A stretch of 63,801 nucleotides of DNA, the filler included, from Stramenopiles sp. TOSAG23-6 (lineage: Eukaryota): assembly GCA_900128565.1 (NCBI GenBank). It is 10 parts of 10 records of this genome, joined end to end, with 100 filler letters (N's around TTAATTAATTAA, not from the genome) between each part and the next. Parts side by side here need not be neighbours in the genome. Positions count along the whole stretch, not along the records: positions 48,453 to 57,951 come from LT636366.1; positions 58,052 to 59,414 come from LT639166.1; positions 59,515 to 60,877 come from LT639167.1; positions 60,978 to 62,339 come from LT639168.1; positions 62,440 to 63,801 come from LT639169.1; 5 more parts are not named here. One strand, 5' to 3'. Below are positions 54,555 to 63,801 of the stretch, in pieces. Numbering within the stretch: the stretch's first letter is position 1; every line of letters starts with the position of its first letter. The position numbers were made by a program, and so were the translations under genes. The notes beneath the pieces were generated by a model. It had not been told where the DNA came from. It saw only the letters and a list, made by a program, of their open reading frames with translations, and made no database searches.

Positions 54555-56719
54555 TTAATAAAGTTTCACCAAAGTGCATAAATCGATCAGAGTATTTGAA
54601 GGTATTTCCCCATTCAGTGCACTCGCCGTACCATTTTTCATCCAAAAAAGAAGTTTTTCACTTGTTTCTTTGTATGCTTGTTTTCGCATCGCCTCCAGAG
54701 TAACTTGATCAAAATCTAAAAAACTCCCTGGAACTTCATTGGGCACAAATCCTAACAGTTTCACATGAGGAAATTCATAACAAGATTGGCGAATTTCAAA
54801 TGATAGTAATGTACGTTGCTGTGTTACTTGCTTATAAAAATTCTGTCATGGGTAGAAATATGGTTGCTAGTGTTGTATAATGTTAGTACAAGATTAGGTT
54901 AGGGTTAGGGTTTAGGGTTGTTGTATAATGTTAGTACAAGATGTTTGACATGTAAAAATTTAAAAAAAGAATTGCTAGTACTGATACGGATTAGAATAGA
55001 ACCTAAACGGTTAAACCCTAACCCGAATGTAAAAATTAAAAAAAAAAAATGCTAGCTAGTACTGATACGTACTAGAATAGATAATCCATCTACACTTGGG
55101 GGAGCGTCTTGGCTTGTGAATTTTTTATACTCTAAAAAAGGCTTACAAGGAACACATTCACCCAGTGGATGCATTATTTTTGTGCCAAACATATCCAATA
55201 TTACATACACAATAATTATGTTTGAAAAATGGATATAACTTGTCCTGTATTGTATGTTGTTGCAAAAATATTTCAAAAAAAATCTAAAAAAAAATGTTAG
55301 GTACAAGTTTTCGTACGAAAAAAAAATCGAAAAAAAAAAACATACATTAATTGTGTCACCAATAAATTGAAAGCCAGAATGTTTCATTGATTGTAAAAAG
55401 GACATTGATGAATGAAACCAAGAAGAAGAACTTTTATTCTCACTCCTTATGTGACTATTCTCATTTCCATAGAATTCATTGTTTTTTTCTATTTTTGTAT
55501 TCGGTACACTAAATTGAGCTTGAAGATTTTGTTCAGATCTTTCATGCATATTTCCTTCCGTGCAACTTAACCAGTGGTTTGATTTTGGTATATTTTTGGG
55601 AGTTTTATCACACACGATTTGTGGTACAAACGAATTTATTTCGTCTAATAAAAGCACCAGTATCGTGAAAAATATTTGAAATTTAAAATTTCATTAGAAA
55701 CGAAATTAAACAAAAAATGAAGGTAAAAAATCATGATAAAAACCCTAACACTACAAAACATGATTAAAACGTACAAGAAGGGTGTCTGCGCCAGATCTTA
55801 TCGCTTGTACAATAGGTGTATTGGTTAGAATACCTCCATCAACAAATTCTATATTACGAACTATATGTGGATAAAATAATGGTGCAATAGCACTGCTAGC
55901 AAATATACCATCTATAATATCTTCATCTTTATCAGTGAACCAAACTGGATATATCGAGAATAAATATTTTGGTTTTATAAAATATTTTGTTAGGTACAAA
56001 ATTTCGTACGAAAAAAACATCGAAATTGGTGAACATTCAATTTTGAATTGAAAACTTACACGAGGAAGACCAACAGGTGTCGCGGAAACATAAAGTGAAA
56101 TATTACTTTCAAAAATTTTCTGAGGATGTACCCACTGACGGTACAAATCATGGCTTTAATAATTATCTCTAGATATATACATTTCGTAATAGTGAGTCAA
56201 ACGATTTATGAAAAAAAAAATATTCTGAGTTGATTTAAATAATAATTTTTGAGAAAATTTCACTTACCCTGGACTCGCATCACAAAACCCGCCATGTTCA
56301 AAGAAAGCAGAACCCATACTGACACTATCTGCTTTATCTAAACAATCGATTCCTAGTGCTGAGTTTATTTTTGACGACGACTTATAAATATTGCTTGGAC
56401 CCTTTATAGCTTTCCAAAATGAAGCGGCTTGACTAATCCCTTTCGAGCACTGATCTTCCTTATTAAATTGTCCTAACATTCCTGCTTGTAGTGCACCGAT
56501 ACTTGAACCAGTAATTATTGACCAAGAATTCCGGAGTATTTCATTTTCACAAATGGCTTGCAACTGGCCTAGTTGAAATGCACCTTTGGACCCCCCGCCA
56601 CTCAAGACTAATCCAACTTTCCCCTTTAGTGTTGCAGCTCGAAAGTGTTTCTCAAATATTTCACCAATAACAAGTTGGAATACACATAGAAGTATGAATG
56701 ATAAACGTACCGTATGCAT
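54555..56719 (-). CDS. Secreted patatin-like phospholipase, multi-exon (introns from 56267, 56059-55949, 55774-55658, 55345-55245, 55072-54843)
   Basis: LVLSGGGSKGAFQLG, GSSIG, ASSAIAPLF and FVDGG; 3' end of the first intron unresolved; probable 1-nt error near 55161. Confidence 0.75.
55658..55774 (-). mobile_element. Family intron with GT...TG ends, 117 nt
   Basis: ctt|GTACGT...ttcacgatacTG|gtg ctt gives GADTLL|VLLLD in phase 0. Confidence 0.6.
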
Positions 56720-56928
56720 TGAAAATGTGAACAAAGAGATGTTTTCCGAATAATTTTATATTTAATTACTACCTTGACCTCGACCTATACCTAAAATACC
56801 TCGAATTCGGAATTCCTCGGATTTTTTTTGACTTGAATTTCGATTTCGATTTCAAAAGAATCTGATGTTTCTGATGTTTCTGATGTTTACCTACATGTAT
56901 CTCTCTCTCCCCCAAAACGGTGACTACA

Positions 56929-57686
56929 ATGTCATTTCCTGCATTTTTACCCATTCTTAAGGGCGTAGTTCATGGTATTACGTATGGTACTAAGGTGCGT
57001 TTACCACATGCATTTGTTATGACTTTTCTTTTTAAATGGGACAAACCTATACTAGAAAATATAAAACGTATTTTAAAAGTGACCTTTGTTCATGCAAGAA
57101 GTCTTGGTTATTTCGTTGGTCTTTACAAATCACTACTGCTACTTGGTCGCATTTGTAACAAAACTGAGCAAGTTGGGTGTAACAAAGTCGGTAATATGAA
57201 CAATATTGTCAATATGTCAAAGATAGATGCAAAAACTTTTATTCCAATTGGAAAAACAACGAATCAACTGCACACAATTGTAGCTGGCGCAGTGGCAGGA
57301 TATTTTGTATGGGGGCACTACACTAGCGTAAATTATCAAATATGTCTTTATCTTATTTCTCGAATATGCGTTGGTGCATTTCGTTTNNNNNNNNNNNNNN
57401 NNNNNNNNNNNNNNNNNNNNNNNNNNNNNNNNTTTGGCCTTTTAGTAAGTTTCGTTTTAAACAAAGTTATCCTGCATTAGCTGCTTTTGTTTGGTCACTG
57501 TCAATGTGGCTTTTCGAGCATAATCCTGGTGTTTTACACGGATCACTACGCAGCTCTATGAAGTATATCTATAGTGATTCAAATAAATATAAAAAATGGC
57601 GTGATTTCTTGCCTTCAGAAGCCGCAATGGTTGTATTGGTTGCAATGATATATCTAAAACGTAATAAACTAAAGGAACTTTTGTAA
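56929..57686 (+). CDS. PXMP4: Peroxisomal membrane protein 4 (Tim17/22/23 family), with an internal N gap
   Basis: LKGVVHGITYGTKVRLPHAFVMTFLF, HARSLGYFVGLYK, SVNYQICLYLISR and SLRSSMKYIYSDSN. Confidence 0.85.
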
Positions 57687-58073
57687 TTTTTTTTATAATT
57701 ACTCAAACTTCTACTTTACTTTCTTGATATTTTCTAGTCCCATGACCACTTTCGTTGTTTGAATTTGAAACCTTTTGAATCAAAGCACAACAACTTTTTC
57801 CTCCAGATACGGCAACTGTTCGTGATATTGCTGTTGGTTGTTCATACCACTGTGGATCATGTATTTTGGAAAAATATTTCAAAAAAAAAACTAAAGTTTG
57901 TTAGGTACAAAATTTCGTACGAAAAAAAAAATCGATTTTTTTGTTAAAAAANNNNNNNNNNNNNNNNNNNNNNNNNNNNNNNNNNNNNNNNNNNNTTAAT
58001 TAATTAANNNNNNNNNNNNNNNNNNNNNNNNNNNNNNNNNNNNNNNNNNNNACCTAGAAGTATTATTGAAATA

Positions 58074-59315
58074 TTATATCAATTTAGTTAATCTCTCTCT
58101 ATCTCTTGTTAAAGATTTTCTTTCATTGAAGTGTGTATCTAGAATAAAATCATCATCATAATTTTGCTCGTCAATTTTAAAATCACTGCTGATATCATCA
58201 AAATGTTTTTGCTTTGATACCTTTCCCGCAGCAGCAATTTCGAGCCACTCTTGGTCATCAGAAAGAGAGTTTGATTTTTTGTATTTATTATCTAATTTAT
58301 CATTATCCATATTACTCAAAATGCGATTCACGAGATCTGTTTTTCGACCACTTTGTTTAAGGCCTTTTTTTTTAAGTTTCTTTTTCAGTTCTGTAACCTT
58401 TAATTCAGAAAGTTTTTCATGTAATGAGAGACGAAAATCATCATTGTCCTGTGAGAATGACTTTTTACTTTTTAATATCCGATTTTTAATTACACCTGTT
58501 TTAGATTGTTTCGTATCTTTTACTAATGAAATCGGTCCACTGCAAGATTTGCTCGTCATTGCATTATTTTCAAAATTATCTACATCTTCAACAACATGTG
58601 CATCGTTATCTTCGACAATATGTGCACCATTGTTGTCCTCAACAGAATGTGCATCATCGTTATCTTCAGCAATATGTTCATCCTCATTATCTTGAAAAGC
58701 ATTCTCTTCAATAATATTCCCACTCTCCAAGAATTCTTCAATGATTCGTTCGACTAATTTAGTTTTTTTACCATTAGAATTTAATCCAATTTGTTTACAA
58801 GCTTCTTTGATTTCTGCTTTTTTTGCATCATTCAAAACTGATCTTACAAATGCCAAAGTTCCGTGGAGCTTCCAGAGCTTTTTTGGTTTACTACTAATAG
58901 TATTATTCGCGATACATGATGTTGTTTTTGAAATTTTCTTTGTTTTTGATTTTTTTTCTGATTTTTTGTATTTTTTAATTTGAATACCTTTCTTTTTCTC
59001 AATATTCACAATAGTTAAAGGTTGATATTCATTCAAACTTACATCACTATCACACGACACATTATCATATATTTGTTTTTCAATGATAGTAGTTTCATCA
59101 TGTGTTTTTAAAGGAAATGGTTTTAACAATTCATCGCCACTATCAGGTAATAATTGTTTGCTGTGCTTCTTTTGTTTTTTTCTTACTCTCTCGTTAGAAT
59201 TTATGCGATCAGACTTGGGCAAAGGAACATTTACCAATTTCTTCTTTCTGGAATTAGTAATTGTAAGCTCACCGCGTCGCTTTCTTTTATGAGAAGATTT
59301 AGAAGAATTAAACAT
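58074..59315 (-). CDS. Lys-rich protein with two SAP domains (fragment)
   Basis: KKAEIKEACKQIGLNSNGKKTKLVERI and LKVTELKKKLKKKGLKQSGRKTDLVNRI. Confidence 0.75.
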   Translation of the reverse strand: MFNSSKSSHKRKRRGELTITNSRKKKLVNVPLPKSDRINSNERVRKKQKKHSKQLLPDSGDELLKPFPLKTHDETTIIEKQIYDNVSCDSDVSLNEYQPLTIVNIEKKKGIQIKKYKKSEKKSKTKKISKTTSCIANNTISSKPKKLWKLHGTLAFVRSVLNDAKKAEIKEACKQIGLNSNGKKTKLVERIIEEFLESGNIIEENAFQDNEDEHIAEDNDDAHSVEDNNGAHIVEDNDAHVVEDVDNFENNAMTSKSCSGPISLVKDTKQSKTGVIKNRILKSKKSFSQDNDDFRLSLHEKLSELKVTELKKKLKKKGLKQSGRKTDLVNRILSNMDNDKLDNKYKKSNSLSDDQEWLEIAAAGKVSKQKHFDDISSDFKIDEQNYDDDFILDTHFNERKSLTRDRERLTKLI

Positions 59316-59638
59316 CGGTTGATACTCACTTTCAGCACTTACTTCATCTATACTCTCAGGACTACTGAAGCCTCCGTCTAAAATACTTGCCTTTGGCGAT
59401 GATATGGGAGATGTNNNNNNNNNNNNNNNNNNNNNNNNNNNNNNNNNNNNNNNNNNNNTTAATTAATTAANNNNNNNNNNNNNNNNNNNNNNNNNNNNNN
59501 NNNNNNNNNNNNNNACCCATAGTGTTCCCTAGAACAGTAACTTCGACAACATATTTTGCCAACGCTGGTCAACTTTATTTTTTCAAAACGATTGCTACAC
59601 CAATCGTTGGATTCGGCGTACTATGTTTTGAACGGCCA

Positions 59639-60691
59639 CTAGCTTTGGAGAAGCAGCTGCAAAATTGATTCGCCTAAGTCATCCAATGGGACAGTTGCGT
59701 CGTGGTCTTCAAGCCAACTCGAACTTTCAAGAAAGTCACTGTCACCGAAACCAAAATGGTGTGATTCGGGCATTAACGGTGTAGATTCAAAGTAAGTGAA
59801 CTGACACGTTTTGGAGATATGCAAAGCCATCACTAATTTGCATTTGCTGCATTTTTTATTTTTATCATGCAATTGAAGCGTCTGTCGTAAGACAGGCACA
59901 TCTACGTTGGGTTTTTTCCACTTTGCCACCAGAGTTGCAAACATGTGAAAAAAAATTGGAATCTGATCCCTGGGTATCAAATTTTCTATAAGTTTTGCTG
60001 CGTCAATCTTATGTGTGACTAAGATGTCTTCTGCGGTCGCAAAGTTATCCGCCCACTCTCGTGAGGTATGAACATTATAAAAAAACGATCCGTGGTGCGA
60101 TATAAAGTAGCAACGCTCTGATGCAGTTACAACATTGAGCTCAACCTTCCTCAACAAACTGTCTGGTACAACATCTAACGAAAAGGTATTGCATTTGATT
60201 GGTGACACTTTTCCTTTAGCGAAAAAATCGTCTAAACTGCTGAATGTTTTATCAGTTCGATCCATTTCGGTGTCGAAAAACATGCTATCGAAATCAACGT
60301 TGCACTTTTGTGCGAATAGAAGAACATCAATCATTGTACTCAAGGATCGTTTTGCCAAGGAAGAGAAGAATATTTGGTGTAAAAGGCAGCTGGTCCCAAA
60401 ATGGTGACTACCATCGGCGTTCCTTACATTTCTACACAACGAAGCTGCAGTTGATAAAGACTGTAGCAGCACATTAGAGCTGCACGCGTTTCGCTTCTTT
60501 TTTGCATTTGCACGATCAGTTTGCCACCTACCGCGCTTACATTTCCCAGTCGGTATACACTTTATCCCCCGTTTAACGCACCTACTACAAGGAGATTTCT
60601 TGTCACACTTCACTTTCTGGCGCCTACATTCGGTGCACGTTCTTGTAATTTCAGAGGGTTCTTTGGCGCTTTTTTTCCTTTTGTTTTTCAT
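59639..60691 (-). CDS. Zn(II)2Cys6 transcription factor with a possible C-terminal PAS-like region
   Basis: RTCTECRRQKVKCDKKSPCSRCVKRGIKC; acidic C-terminus. Confidence 0.85.
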   Translation of the reverse strand: MKNKRKKSAKEPSEITRTCTECRRQKVKCDKKSPCSRCVKRGIKCIPTGKCKRGRWQTDRANAKKKRNACSSNVLLQSLSTAASLCRNVRNADGSHHFGTSCLLHQIFFSSLAKRSLSTMIDVLLFAQKCNVDFDSMFFDTEMDRTDKTFSSLDDFFAKGKVSPIKCNTFSLDVVPDSLLRKVELNVVTASERCYFISHHGSFFYNVHTSREWADNFATAEDILVTHKIDAAKLIENLIPRDQIPIFFHMFATLVAKWKKPNVDVPVLRQTLQLHDKNKKCSKCKLVMALHISKTCQFTYFESTPLMPESHHFGFGDSDFLESSSWLEDHDATVPLDDLGESILQLLLQS

Positions 60692-61080
60692 TGCTATTGT
60701 TTATAGAAAATAAGAGCAACGTTCAGCAGCATGGATGTGCTACCCTGTGCGAATTGTAATCGAAATTAAACTATGTTCGTAGTAAGATTTTCTTGTAGAC
60801 TGCTGCCAAATAATTGCATTTAACTATATACAGTATTGATTTATTGATGTTCTACATTTTATCTACATCGGCATTTGNNNNNNNNNNNNNNNNNNNNNNN
60901 NNNNNNNNNNNNNNNNNNNNNTTAATTAATTAANNNNNNNNNNNNNNNNNNNNNNNNNNNNNNNNNNNNNNNNNNNNAGACCAAGTATTGTGAAAAAAAC
61001 GCAAAAAAAAAAATTAAATCGTTAGGTACAAAATTTCGTATGAAAAAACAATAAAATTAAAATTCATGATGAAAACGTAC

Positions 61081-61802
61081 ATGTCTACAAACATCAATTC
61101 ACCCTTTTCACCACCGACACATATAAAATTTTTCTGGTCGAGAAATGTTATACTTGTTAAACCATTAGGACAATATTTCTTTACTGTAACAATTGACGCA
61201 GGATCTTTGGCATGATTTATATCATATAAAAATATTTTTGAGGATTCACCTACTGTGATAACATGCGTTTGGTAGGGGTTTAACTTCATACATTTCTGAC
61301 CAGTAAAACCAGCATCAATTGGGAGTAGTTGACCATAATTACCCGCACATATACCTTCACGAGTATAGAAAGATAAACGATTTTGAGATAGCGCAAGGAC
61401 ACCGTGTTGAATGGACAAAATTGAGTTGATACTACGTGGAGTTTTTTGGGATTTAACACCTCTCCTTCTCGCAGTTTCAACTGCACAATGACGATCAAAT
61501 GTTTCATTGCGATATGATGTAAGCCGACCATCATGGGAACCTGTCCATATAAGTTCTTGAGTAGTATCTAGTTCTACAGCAGCCACAGGGGAAGTTGCAA
61601 CTGGGTCCACAACCATTTGTGCTGGTGTGACAAACACATTTTGTGCATAAGGATTTCTCCGGGAGCTTCTGCCTCCATTGTAGCTACCTTGATAAGAATT
61701 ATATTGTGAATTTCCGTATCCTTCAGAGTATGTCTTCATATTTTGATTTCCATTCGGAGCACCACGCCGTTGAACATAGGTGCCTTGACCTCGGGCGTAC
61801 AT
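61081..61802 (-). CDS. N-terminal WD40 exon of a PAN2-like deadenylase subunit (fragment)
   Basis: AVELDTTQELIWTGSHDGRLTSY resembles the PAN2 N-terminus; ends at family element 61080-60983. Confidence 0.6.
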
Positions 61803-62193
61803 CCTCCTTCTTACTACACAATACCACCCCTGTGAAGGACAAAGTGGTTTTAAAATTAAATGACAAACTAATCAATGTAGAGTTAATATACTCTTTAATA
61901 TTAATATCTCAACAAGGTCTCCAGTGTGTTTTAATATTTAGCTATTGGTACCTGTAGGTACACCTACTATAACCTAACGTATGTGACGGAGGTTGTTCGC
62001 GTCGTATGCGTATCTTCAAGAAAAAAAAAAAGAGAATCTTGAGTTTTTGAGAGAGAGATCGAGATTAGGGTTAGGGTTAACGTACAAAAAAATACCCTCG
62101 ATTCGGCCTCGAAGTGCAAAGAAAACACGACATTAATATTTTTATTTTTGATATCTAAAATACAAAAATTTTTAAATTTAGTTGAACAATAAA

Positions 62194-62312
62194 TCAGCGA
62201 TACCCTTTGCCACGTTTACCTTTAGTAATGACTTTCCCTTTACTTCCACCATCCCATTCAGGCTTCTGAGGAGCTGGACAAAATTTTTCACCTTTTTTAC
62301 TTACAACAACAC
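62194..62312 (-). CDS. Short terminal exon downstream of a family element
   Basis: acaatatAT|gt gtt gtt...PQKPEWDGGSKGKVITKGKRGKGYR then TGA. Confidence 0.4.
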
Positions 62313-62439
62313 ATATATTGTAAAAAAAATTAAATTCGANNNNNNNNNNNNNNNNNNNNNNNNNNNNNNNNNNNNNNNNNNNNTTAATTAATTAANNNNN
62401 NNNNNNNNNNNNNNNNNNNNNNNNNNNNNNNNNNNNNNN

Positions 62440-63744
62440 TCGGTTTTGCTACTCTCTTTGGCATTACTTCTGGATCCACTTCATCATCTGTTAGTTTTAG
62501 TGGTATTACTCTTTTTGCTGGTTTTGTTGTTGGTGGTGTTGGTGTTGGTGAAGGTGTTGTTGGTGCTTCTGGTTGTGCTGCTGTTGGTACATCATTTACT
62601 AAAAAACAATGTTGAAGATGTGGATCAATTTGTTTTGGACAAAGTAAAAAATCCGGAAGCATTTCGTCTGAATACGTCAAATTTCCATCTTCCGAGTTCT
62701 GCGAAATTATCGAATAAGGAGAATTATTCTTTAAAAACCATTGACCTTGTTCCACTCCCCATATCATTTGCATAATTTCCCCATCTGCCTTTTCGTCAAT
62801 TAATTCATCCAGATATTTGGATTGACAAATTTGTTTCCAAATTTGTAAAAGTGGGATGTGTTCGCGGGTGCGACTACTATATACTTTTGTTGGGTCAAGG
62901 GCAAATTGAACACTTATTGGAAACATGTCCCATAAAAAGTTCATAACTTTAGTAATTTCTTTTACGAGAGTTTGATGTTTTACTAGATAGTCTCGAATGG
63001 CTAGAATATCCCGTTTGATTTGCAACTGCTCTTCTTTTAATGTTTCTCTATCATACGTTAGGTCAATTTGAAATCTATACAAGAGCTGGAAATTTCTTAT
63101 CATCACTTCCTTTTCCGAGCTTCCTTCTACCATTGCACCTATATCATTTTTAAACCACCCCATACAATCTGCAACATTTGGAAACATTCCGACATTGAAA
63201 TCAGAGGCCATTCTAGACACGGAGTCTAAATGAAGTTGTCTAACCCATAACTCTTGTGGTGCTTTGTCATTTTGCATTTGTTTGTACCAACCACCCTCCC
63301 GAATCTGATTGTCTCTTAAATTCTCATCATAGTAGCTGTGGTGATATGTCCTTAGTTGAGAAAGCATTTGCTTATCGTATTTATTTCCCACAAAATCATT
63401 CTTTAGATGACTCTCTGGTATTAACATCTCCATTATTAAAAATACGTCGGTTGGGTTTGGTGACTCATTCATATTGTCATCCACATTTGATAAAATTTCT
63501 TCTCTTGTTTTGGCGTCTCTCCAATTACCCATCCAATCCATGATACGTTTGAAACATTTGGAGGCACTATCATCTTTATTCCCACTTGGTTCATCATGAA
63601 CATGTTCAAAGTATTCTCTAAGTTTATTTCTTCTTAAAAGTTCCTCGGACTCAGAATCGTCATTTTCCAAATTTTTAATGTAGTGATACAACTCGGGGAA
63701 TTTTTCCATAAAATTTTGAATGTTTCTTTCTGTTTCAGACAGTA
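62440..63744 (-). CDS. Internal exon of an unknown protein with a Pro/Thr linker
   Basis: Open frame of more than 430 aa starting after an element that ends aatacGT near 63745. Confidence 0.55.
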
Positions 63745-63801
63745 ACGTATTGTGAAAAAATATTTCAAAAAAAAATCGTTAGGTACAAAATTTCGTACGA
63801 A

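Noticed and set aside
54896-54920. TTAGGG runs as true telomeres
   Set aside because: Only 2-4 units, internal to introns, exons or intergenic DNA.
1-63801. Alternative genetic code or stop readthrough to explain the broken ORFs
   Set aside because: Intact genes end in TAA, TAG or TGA, and the breaks coincide with the repeat elements.

Overview
AT-rich eukaryotic (protist-like) DNA in the standard genetic code. It is a concatenation of separate contigs joined by N-TTAATTAATTAA-N linkers: six contigs of about 9.5-9.6 kb in descending length, then four of about 1.36 kb, so adjacency across linkers means nothing. The window holds about 40 densely packed genes or gene fragments, including 1-Cys peroxiredoxin, SAHH, a NEK kinase, an ABCC transporter, carboxylesterase, JMJD8-like, GBP, neurochondrin, delta-COP, RCC1, EMC10, MMAB, patatin, PXMP4 and PAN2. 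The main discovery is a family of roughly 45 related 90-190 nt elements (hand count) that interrupt coding sequence, in the sense orientation wherever a host gene can be assigned. Their consensus is GTAYGTTTT...TTTCGTACGAAATTTYGTACCTAAC...TTTTGAAATATTTTTCCAAAATAC-NN. Restoring the reading frame of conserved proteins (RCC1, TFIIS, PH, Tudor, WW, Prx6, ABCC, patatin) shows the 3' boundary is mostly AT and sometimes GT, TG or AG. They therefore look like non-canonical GT-AT introns whose 3' end is set at AATAC+2 nt rather than by AG. Short terminal inverted repeats and a frequent 2-bp duplication suggest a transposon-derived (introner-like) origin. Secondary observations are a head-to-head pair of paralogues with an unusual C-x3-C...H-x4-C domain, a satellite-like array with higher-order structure, and an RCC1 fused to a RanBP2 zinc finger and FG repeats. 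All counts and coordinates were read by hand, and splicing is inferred from frames, not from RNA data.
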